Positions 1-8,954 are shown, counted from the first letter of the stretch. The stretch: 24,000 nt of DNA from Coprobacillus cateniformis (GCF_009767585.1 NZ_WSNW01000001.1:708342-732341), one strand, 5' to 3'. Numbers and translations are program-made. The notes: generated by a model not told the origin, from the letters alone.

Positions 1-1575
1 ATGAGAGAATCCAGCAATACCAGTTGCGAATGTACGTCTTACTTCAGTATCAATTAAAGCCATTTCAGCTGCTTCATAATAATATTTATCATGCATATAT
101 TGAATTAAGTTTAATGTATTTACATAGATGTCAGCTAACCATTCCATCATTTGGTCATAAGCTTCCATAACTTCATCATAATCTAAGTATTCAGATGTAA
201 TTGGACGGTATTTAGGAGCAACTTGATCTTTAGATTTTTCATCAATACCACCATTAATAGCATATAACAAGCATTTTGCTAAGTTAGCACGTGCACCAAA
301 GAATTGCATTTCTTTACCAGTTTGAGTTGCAGATACACAACAACAAATTGAGTAGTCATCTCCCCATACAGGTCTCATAACATCATCATTTTCATATTGA
401 ATTGAACTTGTATCAACAGAAATCTTAGCAGCATAATCCTTGAAAGGTTTTGGTAATGCAGCTGTGTATAATACAGTTAAGTTTGGTTCAGGAGAAGGTC
501 CCATGTTTTCTAATGTGTGTAAGAAACGGAAATCGTTTTTAGTAACCATTGAACGACCATCAGTTCCAAGTCCTGCGACTTCTAATGTAGCCCATACTGG
601 GTCACCAGAGAATAATTGATTATAAGAAGGAATTCTTGCAAATTTTACCATTCTACATTTCATAACGAAATGGTCAATTAATTCTTGTGCAAGTTCTTCT
701 GTAATTGTTCCATTATCTAAGTCTCTTTGAATATAGATATCTAAGAATGTAGAAACACGTCCTACTGACATAGCAGCACCATTTTGAGTTTTAATTGCAG
801 CTAAATATCCAAAGTATAACCATTGAACAGCTTCTTTTGCATCTTTAGCAGGTTGAGAAATATCAAATCCATAAGCTTCTGCCATTTTTTTCATACCAGC
901 TAATGCTTTGTACTGTTCAGCAATTTCTTCACGTTTACGGATAATGTCTTCTTTCATTGATCCACTTCCGCAGTTATTGAAATCTTTTAATTTTTCTTCC
1001 ATTAAGAAGTCAATTCCGTATAAAGCAACACGACGATAATCACCTACGATACGTCCACGTCCATAAGTATCAGGAAGTCCTGTAATGACTTTATTACGAC
1101 GAGCTTTTCTAATTTCTGGTGTATAAACATCAAAAACACCTTGGTTATGAGTTTTATGGTATTCAGTAAAGATTTTGTGTAATTGAGGATCTGGTGTATA
1201 TCCATAAGTTTCACAAGCTTGTTCAGCCATTTTAATACCACCATAAGGCATAAATGCTCTTTTTAATGGTTTATCAGTTTGAAGACCTACAACTGCTTCT
1301 AAATCTTTCATACTTTCATCAATGTATCCAGCACCATAAGCAGTTAATCCTGATACGATATGAGTTTCCATATCAAGAACTCCACCTTTAGCACGTTCTT
1401 CTTTTTGAAGTTCTTGTAATTTTCCCCATAATTTATTAGTAGCTTCTGTTGGTTCAGCTAAGAATGATGCATCACCATCATAAGGTTTGTAGTTTTGTTG
1501 GATGAAATCACGAGTATTAACTTCTTCTTTCCAAATTCTCCCCTTGAAGCCTTTCCATTGTTCTTTTTCTAACAT
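1..1575 (-). CDS. pflB: Formate C-acetyltransferase (pyruvate formate-lyase), N-terminal 525 codons; the 3' end runs off the left window edge
   Basis: The minus-strand frame is open from the ATG at 1575-1573 to position 1, with no stop in the window, which explains its absence from the ORF track. Translation begins [35 protein letters not shown]... It contains PFL-typical blocks ([30 protein letters not shown]) and the active-site Cys pair context [25 protein letters not shown] lies about 11 nt upstream. Confidence 0.93.
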   Translation of the reverse strand, partial: MLEKEQWKGFKGRIWKEEVNTRDFIQQNYKPYDGDASFLAEPTEATNKLWGKLQELQKEERAKGGVLDMETHIVSGLTAYGAGYIDESMKDLEAVVGLQTDKPLKRAFMPYGGIKMAEQACETYGYTPDPQLHKIFTEYHKTHNQGVFDVYTPEIRKARRNKVITGLPDTYGRGRIVGDYRRVALYGIDFLMEEKLKDFNNCGSGSMKEDIIRKREEIAEQYKALAGMKKMAEAYGFDISQPAKDAKEAVQWLYFGYLAAIKTQNGAAMSVGRVSTFLDIYIQRDLDNGTITEELAQELIDHFVMKCRMVKFARIPSYNQLFSGDPVWATLEVAGLGTDGRSMVTKNDFRFLHTLENMGPSPEPNLTVLYTAALPKPFKDYAAKISVDTSSIQYENDDVMRPVWGDDYSICCCVSATQTGKEMQFFGARANLAKCLLYAINGGIDEKSKDQVAPKYRPITSEYLDYDEVMEAYDQMMEWLADIYVNTLNLIQYMHDKYYYEAAEMALIDTEVRRTFATGIAGFSH

Positions 1576-1612
1576 GTTTTCTGTTTCCTCCTTGAAATTA
1601 AATTCCTCACCC

Positions 1613-1641
1613 ATTATAGCACTCTTAATACACCTACACAA
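1613..1641 (-). promoter_or_regulatory. Candidate sigmaA-type promoter of pflB
   Basis: On the minus strand: -35 TTGTGT (1641-1636), a 17-nt spacer, then extended -10 TGcTATAAT (hexamer 1618-1613). It lies about 38 nt upstream of the pflB ATG. Confidence 0.5.
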
Positions 1642-1782
1642 TGAAAAAAATTACTTTTTTTGATGATTTTTTCATGTTTGAGAATCCTTAAATTAGGTTC
1701 GGTTCATGTGACACCCTCACTATAACAAATATCATTTCATTCGTCTATCTATTTGCTCTATAATTTTTTCACAAGATAAATT

Positions 1783-1811
1783 AAAAAGAAAAAGCAGATT
1801 CAAATCTGCTT
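1783..1811 (-). terminator. Rho-independent terminator after the EIIB-like gene
   Basis: Perfect 8-bp stem AAGCAGAT (1792-1799) / ATCTGCTT (1804-1811) with a 4-nt loop. On the minus strand it is followed by a T-rich run (the plus-strand A-run at 1783-1791). It overlaps the stop codon at 1810-1812. Confidence 0.7.
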
Positions 1812-2154
1812 ATAAATATCTCTTTAAATCCTCGGCAATAAGTGATGATTGTTTTCCAAAAATCATAGATAGATTCTCTTTGCCTTCTACAATTCCACTT
1901 GCACCTAATTTTTGAATATCTTCTACTTTTACTAAGTCATGATTTTTTAAAGCAACAGTTAACTTTGATGGAGAACTTTTCACATCAGTTAGGTTATCTC
2001 TTCCACCTAATGCTGTGAGCAAAGCATTTATATCTATTGTAGACATAACTTTATTATTCAATTCTTTATTTTTGATTAATCGTGTAAAGCCAAAATAAAG
2101 TAATAGAAGTGCTAAAATGACTCCAATAAATATTAAAACATATTCAATTTCCAT
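1810..2154 (-). CDS. Small membrane-anchored protein with a degenerate PTS EIIB (glucose-family)-like domain
   Basis: The 114-aa ORF has an N-terminal hydrophobic helix (VLIFIGVILALLLLYFGF). The remainder resembles the EIIB-Glc fold signature (ALLTALGGRDNLTDV..S.SKLTVALKN....LGASGIVEG....IFG). The phospho-Cys position of the N-[LIV]-x5-C-x-T-R-L motif reads S-P-S-K-L. Confidence 0.55.
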   Translation of the reverse strand: MEIEYVLIFIGVILALLLLYFGFTRLIKNKELNNKVMSTIDINALLTALGGRDNLTDVKSSPSKLTVALKNHDLVKVEDIQKLGASGIVEGKENLSMIFGKQSSLIAEDLKRYL

Positions 2155-2234
2155 ATATTCACATCCTTTTTTGATTGAAGTATTTGTTTTTTATAGTATA
2201 CTATAATAAGAAAAAAAAAGAAAGGAGCATCTTA

Positions 2235-3437
2235 ATGGAAAGGCTAAAAAAATTATGTCTGCAGCAACCTCTTATCCCCATTGTTTTTATCTTGGCCTGT
2301 ATTAGTTGTTTTGCAATCTTTAATGCAACTCCTTTAATCTCCAAAGTAAGTAGTCCTGAAACACTTTGGTTAAAACAAGGACTCTTCTATCTTATTTCAG
2401 CAATTATTATCTTTATTATCTATAAAGTAGGAAATGAACAAATTTATGATAAGATATGGATTATATATGGTATTTTAATGGTTCTACTAGCAGGTCTTGC
2501 TATTGACCATATTGTTTATACAAGATTCTTAGGAAAACATATCGTTCCTTTAGCATCTTATGTAAATGGTGCAACTTCCTGGTATAATATTCCTGGATTT
2601 AGTTTACAGCCTTCAGAATTTATGAAGATAGCTATTGTTATTGCTTTAGCGAAAATAACTAAGGATTATAATGATTATTACTTGGTGAGAACTTTTGAAA
2701 CTGAAGTGAAATACATAATCAAGTGTATGGCTGTTGTGATTCCACCAGCATTTCTTGTTTATTTGCAAAATGATACAGGTGTTGTATTGATTATCTTAGT
2801 TGGTGTTCTCTTTGTTCTTTTCTCCAGTGGCTTAAGGGGACAATGGTTTACAGTAGGTATTATCGTTATTGCACTGGTTGTTGGTATAGGCGCTTATCTC
2901 TTTATTTATCAACCAGATATTTTCTCTAAAATTATCAGTGGACATAAATTAGACCGTTTCTATGGTTGGGTGGATCCTGAGGGGACTGTTGGAAAAGAGG
3001 GATATCAATTATTTTATTCGTTATTATCTTATGGAACAGCAGGCTGGTTTGGACATGGGATACAAGCTGTTATTAAAGTTTTTCCTGAAGCTCAAACTGA
3101 TTTTATATTCGCTGTTATTGTGACTGATTTTGGATATATTGGTGGATTAATTACAATTGCAGCAATTGTTGCATTAGATGTTGTCATTTTAAAAATCGGT
3201 TTTGATTCAACCAATGATAGAGATAAATACTTTACTATGGGTATTATTGGGATGTTAATATTCCAGCAGGTTTGGAATATTGGCATGATTCTGGGATTAC
3301 TTCCTATCACTGGTATTACCTTGCCATTTATATCCAATGGTGGTTCTTCTTTATTGTCTTATATGATTGCCATTGGTATGCTTGTTGATATGAATAGTCA
3401 AAATAATATATTGAAAAATCGATTAACATCATTTTAA
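2235..3437 (+). CDS. SEDS-family peptidoglycan glycosyltransferase (FtsW/RodA/SpoVE family)
   Basis: Polytopic membrane protein with SEDS motifs: QPSEFMKIAIVIALA, PEAQTDFIFAVI, LLPITGITLPFISNGGSSLL. I chose the start at ATG 2235 (MERLKKL...) because SD AAAGGAG lies 7 nt upstream. The ORF-track start at 2175 has no SD and overlaps the putative promoter. Confidence 0.85.
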   Translation: MERLKKLCLQQPLIPIVFILACISCFAIFNATPLISKVSSPETLWLKQGLFYLISAIIIFIIYKVGNEQIYDKIWIIYGILMVLLAGLAIDHIVYTRFLGKHIVPLASYVNGATSWYNIPGFSLQPSEFMKIAIVIALAKITKDYNDYYLVRTFETEVKYIIKCMAVVIPPAFLVYLQNDTGVVLIILVGVLFVLFSSGLRGQWFTVGIIVIALVVGIGAYLFIYQPDIFSKIISGHKLDRFYGWVDPEGTVGKEGYQLFYSLLSYGTAGWFGHGIQAVIKVFPEAQTDFIFAVIVTDFGYIGGLITIAAIVALDVVILKIGFDSTNDRDKYFTMGIIGMLIFQQVWNIGMILGLLPITGITLPFISNGGSSLLSYMIAIGMLVDMNSQNNILKNRLTSF

Positions 3438-3438
3438 A

Positions 3439-3468
3439 AACATGAGCTCAAACTCATGTTTTCTTTTA
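3439..3468. terminator. Rho-independent terminator, apparently bidirectional
   Basis: Stem AACATGAG (3439-3446) / CTCATGTT (3453-3460) with a 6-nt loop. It is followed by TTTTCTTTT on the plus strand and preceded by AAAAA, which gives a T-run on the minus strand. It sits between convergent genes. Confidence 0.75.
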
Positions 3469-3500
3469 TTTAAAATTATTTTGATATCTTATGATTTAAG

Positions 3501-3884
3501 TCATGTCAGTAGATCATTGTATTCATCATAGATATTTCTATCGAAAGTTCTGCTGAACTGTTTCAGTATTGTTAGACACATCCCCTGTTCAATTCCTTCC
3601 CATACTGCTTTCTTTCTAAAGTTATCAATTGATTCACATATATTGATTTGATCCTGTTCTTCCTTCTTGACTATCTTTAATAATTCTTCTCCCTTATCTA
3701 CCAATGATGCTAGAACATTTGCTGTTTCTCTTGACATCTTTTTTTCCTTTAAGCTTCTTATATCTCTCTTCTCCTTATAAAACATCTGTAGACCTACTAT
3801 TCTCGATTATCCTTATCTGTTAATAAACTTGCATTCAATTCTTTGATGCCTATAATATAAGTATTTTGGTCATTTACTTTCCTT
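3501..3884 (-). pseudogene. 5'-truncated, frameshifted copy of the C-terminal region of the adjacent Rpn-family gene; includes the 94-aa ORF at 3501-3785
   Basis: DNA at 3501-3884 aligns by eye with 4040-4400 of the full-length gene. An example block is ctcgattatccttatctgttaa[t/c]aaacttgcat[t/c]caattc. The 94-aa ORF (KEKKMSRETANVLASLVDKGEELLKIVKKEE...ICESIDNFRKKAVWEGIEQGMCL) parallels residues ~205-290 of the 328-aa protein. A 4-nt deletion near 3800 breaks the frame upstream, and the N-terminal nuclease domain is absent. Confidence 0.6.
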
Positions 3885-3894
3885 GATAAAAATC

Positions 3895-4881
3895 TTATGA
3901 CATAAGCAATGCTAATATATCATTCTCATCTTTAATTGATACAATTTCAACTGCTAGTTTTTCTAGCTGCTCCCTTGAACTGTTCTCTATCATAGTAACG
4001 ACTTCTGATGATAAATATCCTAACTTTTTCTTTAATTGCTTCATTATGACTAGACATATTCCCTGTTCTATTCCTTGAGTAATACCTCGTTCAATTCCTT
4101 GAGTAATTCCTTCCTGTACTGCCTTCTTTCTAAAGTTATCAATTGATTCGCACATATCAATTTCCTCCTTCTCTTCTTTCCTGATTATTTTCAATAACTC
4201 TTCTCCCTTATCTACCAGTGATGCCAATACAATCGCTGTATCTCTTGACATCTTTCTTTCCTTAAAAAACTCTAGATCTCCTTGCCACTTATAAAACATC
4301 TGTAACCCCTCTATGAGATCTCGATTATCCTTATCTGTTAACAAACTTGCATCCAATTCCTTGACGTCTATAATATGAGTATTCCAGTCATTCATTATTC
4401 CTTTCATTTCTTCTGGTAATTCCATCATATCCAGCAATGTCCTTGGCCCACTCCATTTTCTTTCTCCATAATAGAGAACAACTGTAATAATGGGAATAAG
4501 TTTCAACTTAGCTTCTTTATTCCACTTCTTTTCATCTAGATAATCTTGATATTGTTTCTTATAGCTGCTCGCATCATAGACAAATGTTCTGACTGGAATA
4601 TGATAGTCAATAGCCTTCTGATTTTCAATCGCAATGAGGGCATAGATACCACCAACACTCACTTTCACAAGAGTATCCCGATAAGCATTGAAGCTGATTG
4701 GATGCTCATCAAAATCAAAAACAGTAGACATATCTGTATCCTCATTAGACAGTGAGTTTCTTGAAAGGATAGGCTGACCATCAAAGCAGACAAGATTGAT
4801 GATATCAGCAAAGCGACTCTTGTAGTGAAAGAAATTCTTTAAGGTTGCATCAGGCTTTAAGAGAGGTGTAGCAAGACGCAT
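3895..4881 (-). CDS. Rpn-family recombination-promoting nuclease / putative transposase (PD-(D/E)XK, YhgA-like)
   Basis: The 328-aa ORF has the family-typical N-terminal core (FADIINLVCFDG...YRDTLVKV...YALIAIENQKAIDYHIPVRTFVYDASSYKKQ...LIPIITVVLYYGERKWSGPRTLLDMM). The C-terminal region is helical and repeat-rich (CESIDNFRKKAVQEGITQGIERGITQGIEQG). SD GGAGG lies 9 nt upstream of the ATG. An extended -10 TGcTATAAT is present (hexamer 4925-4920). Confidence 0.8.
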   Translation of the reverse strand: MRLATPLLKPDATLKNFFHYKSRFADIINLVCFDGQPILSRNSLSNEDTDMSTVFDFDEHPISFNAYRDTLVKVSVGGIYALIAIENQKAIDYHIPVRTFVYDASSYKKQYQDYLDEKKWNKEAKLKLIPIITVVLYYGERKWSGPRTLLDMMELPEEMKGIMNDWNTHIIDVKELDASLLTDKDNRDLIEGLQMFYKWQGDLEFFKERKMSRDTAIVLASLVDKGEELLKIIRKEEKEEIDMCESIDNFRKKAVQEGITQGIERGITQGIEQGICLVIMKQLKKKLGYLSSEVVTMIENSSREQLEKLAVEIVSIKDENDILALLMS

Positions 4882-5050
4882 AATATAAGACCTCCATTTC
4901 TATAGGAGTTCATAGAAACATTATAGCACATTATTTGCTTAATGAAAACATATGAACAATAAAAAAACATTCCTATACTTATATATTCACTAGAAAGGAT
5001 TGAATTTTCTTCAAAGAAATGAAATATGTGAATAACTTTTGATTTTGAGA

Positions 5051-5086
5051 AAAATGAGATTCTCTATTTACAAGATAATCTCATTT
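5051..5086 (-). terminator. Possible terminator of the nadK-rlu operon
   Basis: 9-bp stem AAATGAGAT (5051-5059) / ATCTCATTT (5078-5086) with an 18-nt loop that spans the stop codon at 5064-5066. On the minus strand it runs into TTTTTCTC. The long loop lowers my confidence. Confidence 0.4.
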
Positions 5087-5897
5087 TCTTTATAACCTTT
5101 ATTTGTTTTGTTATGGGATGCACAAAAGCAATCATTATACTTTCTAAATCAAAAGTCCCAGGTTTTCCACCATATAAAAGATCTCCAATTAAGGGATGAC
5201 CAATAGCAGCCATATGTACTCTAATCTGATGAGTACGCCCTGTCTCTAAAATACATTCTACTCTTGAAATCCCATCAGAATATTCTAAACAACGATAATA
5301 AGTCCGTGAATCTTTCCCATTTTCATCAATAATTCTACGCATATTTTGACCATCTTTATGAATAGGTAAATCAATGACACCCTGTTCAACCTGACCCTCA
5401 ACATGTGCCTGATAACGGCGATAAATATGCTGAATATTTTGACACATCATATCATGAATTTCTCGATATTTAGCAATCATCATCAATCCAGCAGTATCTT
5501 TATCTAAACGATTCACAAAATGAACAGTAGAATCTAATTCAATTGAATGGTAATAATAACTTAGTGCATTGGCTAAAGTTTGACAAGGATGTGATCGGGT
5601 TGGAAAACATGCCATCCCTTTTGGTTTATCAACGATCAATAAAAAATCATCTTCATAAACAATATATAAAGGTACATTCTCTGGAATAATCTGATTATCT
5701 TCTGGTGGATATATGAAGACAACATAATCACCTTCATTTAATACATATCGTACAGTTTGATGTTCCCCGTTTACAAGAATATCTCCACATTGTTTAATAA
5801 CCTTCAAAGCTTTTCTACTTATATGATGCTGATATGCAAAATCATCAATACGTAATTGATGATTTTCCTTAGTCACTATCAACTCTCTTTTATACAT
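5064..5897 (-). CDS. RluA-family RNA pseudouridine synthase (RluD/YjbO-like)
   Basis: 277 aa with an S4-like N-terminus and the catalytic-core motifs HFVNRLDKDTAGLMMIAK and GRTHQIRVHMAAIGHPLIGDLLYG. Its start overlaps the nadK stop by 8 nt. Confidence 0.85.
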   Translation of the reverse strand: MYKRELIVTKENHQLRIDDFAYQHHISRKALKVIKQCGDILVNGEHQTVRYVLNEGDYVVFIYPPEDNQIIPENVPLYIVYEDDFLLIVDKPKGMACFPTRSHPCQTLANALSYYYHSIELDSTVHFVNRLDKDTAGLMMIAKYREIHDMMCQNIQHIYRRYQAHVEGQVEQGVIDLPIHKDGQNMRRIIDENGKDSRTYYRCLEYSDGISRVECILETGRTHQIRVHMAAIGHPLIGDLLYGGKPGTFDLESIMIAFVHPITKQIKVIKKMRLSCK

Positions 5898-6666
5898 CTA
5901 AGAAAGCCCTTTTTAATCTTTCCATCAGACTTACACGTTTAAATTGTGCAAATCTTGCGTATTGTGCAGCAATCTTCACATCTACATACTCAACATCTCT
6001 TAAGTCAAAAACAAGATGATCAATACCTAATACAGCATTTTGGAAATTCTGAGATTCAAAATGAATTGTATCATTTTTATCCAGAATTAATGATGAACCA
6101 AGAGAACGATAAGCATTATGATGAATTCCAGCAATTTCACTTAACTGCATAATCCCAGCACCAGAACAGACAACAGCCCCACCTAAAGATTTATTATATG
6201 CAGTTGATCCAGAAGCTGTTGAAACACATAAACCATTTCCTCTAAAGGTTTCTAAAAACTCATCATTGATATATACATCAAGAACTTGAGAACGCATATT
6301 ATTCTCTAATCGCAATTCATTTAATGCAATATAAGTATCTTTATTTGTCATTACATCTAAAAGATGACGATTATAAATATGATAATCACCCATTTTTATA
6401 TCAGCTATTAAATCTAAATACTCTTCTTTTTGATAATCTGTTAAAAATCCTAATGTTCCAGTATGAATACCTACAAATGCAACTGTATCAAGTTGATGTC
6501 GATATTGATGGACACTGTGCAACACTGTTCCATCACCTCCAACTGTAATCACAAGTTCAGGATTTTTTTCATCATAACTCATAAATTCATTTAAATGGCT
6601 TTTTAAAGACTCTGCTAAATTTTCAGATAATATATCCTGTTTATTTATAATTGCATATTTATGCAT
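5890..6666 (-). CDS. nadK: NAD kinase
   Basis: Contains the NAD kinase motifs ELVITVGGDGTVLH, GTLGFLT and STASGSTAYNKSLGG. The ORF-track start at 6675 is a GTG. I prefer the ATG at 6666 (MHKYAIINK...), with GGGTGA upstream as SD. Confidence 0.9.
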   Translation of the reverse strand: MHKYAIINKQDILSENLAESLKSHLNEFMSYDEKNPELVITVGGDGTVLHSVHQYRHQLDTVAFVGIHTGTLGFLTDYQKEEYLDLIADIKMGDYHIYNRHLLDVMTNKDTYIALNELRLENNMRSQVLDVYINDEFLETFRGNGLCVSTASGSTAYNKSLGGAVVCSGAGIMQLSEIAGIHHNAYRSLGSSLILDKNDTIHFESQNFQNAVLGIDHLVFDLRDVEYVDVKIAAQYARFAQFKRVSLMERLKRAFLDV

Positions 6667-6699
6667 AATAATCACCCACTTTTCTTTATTATATATTAA

Positions 6700-6728
6700 T
6701 TGAAATTTTAATCAATAAAAGATACAAT
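6700..6728 (+). promoter_or_regulatory. Candidate sigmaA promoter of the CYTH gene
   Basis: -35 TTGAAA (6700-6705), a 17-nt spacer, then -10 TACAAT (6723-6728). The -10 overlaps the ORF-track ATG at 6727, which argues for the downstream start at 6745. Confidence 0.6.
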
Positions 6729-6744
6729 GAGTCTGGTGATAAAT

Positions 6745-7317
6745 ATGAAAGAACATATAGAAATAGAATACAAAGTGTTACTTGATCAAAAAACATTTCA
6801 AACATTGCTTAATCATTATCCTCATTACCATGAGTATATCCAAACAAACTATTATTTTACACATCCGCTCTTAAAACAAAAGAAATATATGTTAAGAATT
6901 AGAGAAAAAAATAATAACTATGAAATGACTCTCAAAAGACCTCTTGATAGACATCACTTAGAAAGCAATATTAAATTATCTGAAAAAGAAAAAGATGCTT
7001 TTTTCAATCAACACTATCTTGATAATGAAGTAATAAATATTTTAAGAAAAGAAGGCATAGATCCATCTACATTACAACAACAATTTTCACTGACAACCCA
7101 TCGCTATGATATCGAATTAAAAGAAGGGATGTTATCATTAGATGAAAACACATATCTACAGCAAATTGACTATGAATTAGAATTTGAAGTTCATGATCAA
7201 AGAGAAGGTTATGCAAAGTTTTTAGATATCATTAAACCATTTGGAATCGAATACACATCAAACTGTCCTAGTAAAATACAAAGAGTTTATATGCAATTAG
7301 AAAAGTTGAAGCTTTAA
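6745..7317 (+). CDS. CYTH-domain protein (triphosphate tunnel metalloenzyme family, YjbK-like)
   Basis: The N-terminal ExExK signature is present (HIEIEYKVLL), and size and composition are typical of CYTH. I chose the start at ATG 6745 (SD GGTGA 5 nt upstream) rather than 6727. Confidence 0.75.
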   Translation: MKEHIEIEYKVLLDQKTFQTLLNHYPHYHEYIQTNYYFTHPLLKQKKYMLRIREKNNNYEMTLKRPLDRHHLESNIKLSEKEKDAFFNQHYLDNEVINILRKEGIDPSTLQQQFSLTTHRYDIELKEGMLSLDENTYLQQIDYELEFEVHDQREGYAKFLDIIKPFGIEYTSNCPSKIQRVYMQLEKLKL

Positions 7318-7332
7318 GACTTCAACTTTTTT
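7301..7332. terminator. Bidirectional rho-independent terminator; left boundary of the PTS/peptidase locus
   Basis: Perfect 11-bp stem AAAAGTTGAAG (7301-7311) / CTTCAACTTTT (7320-7330) with A/T runs on both sides. It overlaps the stop codons of the convergent CYTH (7315-7317) and YitT (7331-7333) genes. Confidence 0.75.
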
Positions 7333-8206
7333 AATCTATAGGCGCTTGGTAAAAACCTCCAAAGAAATTCTCTGTTTTTAAAACATTAACAATGACTTTA
7401 GGATCAACTTCTCGCATCAGATCAATAATATCCTGAACTTCATAACTAGATACTACTGTATGTAAAAGATTCATTGGTTTTTGACTATATCCCCCCATTG
7501 CATCAACACATGAAATACCATGACGATACTGTTGTACATAAGCATTAATAACTTTTTGAGCATGCGTTGTTGTGACTTGTAAAGTAACACGTTCATAACG
7601 ATGATAGAATGAATCAATTGTACGTGTAGAAATAAACTGAAAAAGAATTGAATATCCCGCATGTTCCCATCCAAACATAAAACCAAAAATAATTAAAATA
7701 ACTGTATTAAATAAGAAAACATATTCCCAAATTGCTTTTCCTTTCTTATTAGAAACATACAAAGCAATAAAATCAGTTCCTCCAGTTGAAGCATTTCCTC
7801 TTAAAGCAACGACTGTCAATAAACCATATGCAAAACCACCAAAAGCAATATTTAGCAAAACATCATCAAAGATGGGAGAAAAATGAATAACTCTTAAAAA
7901 GAAACTCGCTAAGAATACTTCTAATAAAGAAAAGAATGTAAATTTTGGGCTAATACTTTTATAACAAATCATTGCTACTGGGACATTTAACAAAATCATT
8001 CCTAAAGAAGTTGAAAAAGAGAACCCTAAATATGTAGATGTAATTTTTTCAATTAATAAAGCAACACCAGTAAATCCACTTGAAAGAAGATCAGCTGGTT
8101 GAATAAAAACTTGAATAACATATGCTTGTAAAAAAGCAGCAACAATAACACAAACAAATGTAATTAATAATTTTATTCGTTTATTTTTTCTTAGATTTCT
8201 TATCAT
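7331..8206 (-). CDS. YitT-family membrane protein (DUF2179 C-terminal domain)
   Basis: 291 aa and polytopic, with the YitT-type block GNASTGGTDFIALYVSNKKG and a soluble C-terminal domain. The start and stop overlap as ATGA with the upstream cutC-like gene (8203-8206), indicating translational coupling. Confidence 0.8.
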   Translation of the reverse strand: MIRNLRKNKRIKLLITFVCVIVAAFLQAYVIQVFIQPADLLSSGFTGVALLIEKITSTYLGFSFSTSLGMILLNVPVAMICYKSISPKFTFFSLLEVFLASFFLRVIHFSPIFDDVLLNIAFGGFAYGLLTVVALRGNASTGGTDFIALYVSNKKGKAIWEYVFLFNTVILIIFGFMFGWEHAGYSILFQFISTRTIDSFYHRYERVTLQVTTTHAQKVINAYVQQYRHGISCVDAMGGYSQKPMNLLHTVVSSYEVQDIIDLMREVDPKVIVNVLKTENFFGGFYQAPID

Positions 8207-8943
8207 AAACTATTCACAATCTTCTCCACTAATTCTTGACTAACCACATCATAATCCATTTCATGAGGCTCATCAGCATATCCAAAAGTAACATCATAAC
8301 ATTGAGTTGTAGGATCATTGACCCAATCTTTACAAGAACTATGAACTTGTGTAATTCCAGTATAATTCATCAACTCTAATGCATTACAAGCATTGATTCC
8401 ACTTCCTGCCAAGATTTCAATTTGATCACCATATTTCATTTGTAAATCTTTAATCAATTCTTTGCCTTCCATTGCTTTTGGTTTTAAACCACTTGTTAAA
8501 ATACGTTGAACTCCCATATCAATTAATTTCTCAATAGTTTGATAAGGATCCTTAACGCAATCAAAAGCACGATGAAAAACAACTTCACCATCAAATTCTT
8601 TAATGATATTAATAATTTGCTGAGTCTGTTTAACATTAACATGACCATTTTCATCTAAACAGCCAAACGCAATGCCATCAGCCCCATGTTCCATCATTAA
8701 GACTGCATCATTCTTCATGACCTCAAATTCATCATCTGTATAATGAAATCCAGCACCTCTTGGTCGTAACATTGTAATAACCTTTAACTCAGTATTCTTC
8801 TTAGTTAAAATAAGAGTTCCTAAACTTGGTGTTAAACCACCTAAATAAAGACCACTATTGAGTTCAATCCGTGATGCTCCGCCACGATATGCATTTAATG
8901 CATCTTCATAACTACCACAACAAATTTCAATCATTCTTTCCAT
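8203..8943 (-). CDS. cutC: CutC-family TIM-barrel protein (annotated 'copper homeostasis protein CutC' by family; true function unclear)
   Basis: 246 aa. The N-terminus MIEICCGSYEDALNAYRGGASRIELNSGLYLGGLTPS and the later block VFHRAFD...ILTSG match the CutC family pattern. SD AGGAGG lies 7 nt upstream. Confidence 0.8.
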   Translation of the reverse strand: MERMIEICCGSYEDALNAYRGGASRIELNSGLYLGGLTPSLGTLILTKKNTELKVITMLRPRGAGFHYTDDEFEVMKNDAVLMMEHGADGIAFGCLDENGHVNVKQTQQIINIIKEFDGEVVFHRAFDCVKDPYQTIEKLIDMGVQRILTSGLKPKAMEGKELIKDLQMKYGDQIEILAGSGINACNALELMNYTGITQVHSSCKDWVNDPTTQCYDVTFGYADEPHEMDYDVVSQELVEKIVNSL

Positions 8944-8954
8944 GTCTTGACCTC

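Noticed and set aside
1641-1674. A/T-only inverted repeat ATGAAAAAA-N16-TTTTTTCAT just upstream of the pflB -35.
   Set aside because: It is a low-complexity homopolymer pairing. It is more likely an UP-element-like A/T tract than a specific operator or hairpin.
1707-1721. CRP/FNR/ArcR-like half-palindrome TGTGA-N5-TCACT upstream of the pflB promoter. This would be attractive because pfl genes are often under anaerobic Crp/Fnr-family control.
   Set aside because: The spacing is N5 rather than the canonical N6, the right half is imperfect, and the site lies about 90 nt upstream of the putative -10. That is insufficient to call without a genome-wide motif model.
4071-4118. 24-nt tandem direct repeat (TTCCTTGAGTAAT...) inside the Rpn gene, encoding GITQGIERGITQGIEQGI.
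   Set aside because: It is a small in-frame internal duplication of a helical repeat that is typical of the C-terminal region of this family. The fragment copy has a single unit. It is not a CRISPR or other regulatory repeat.
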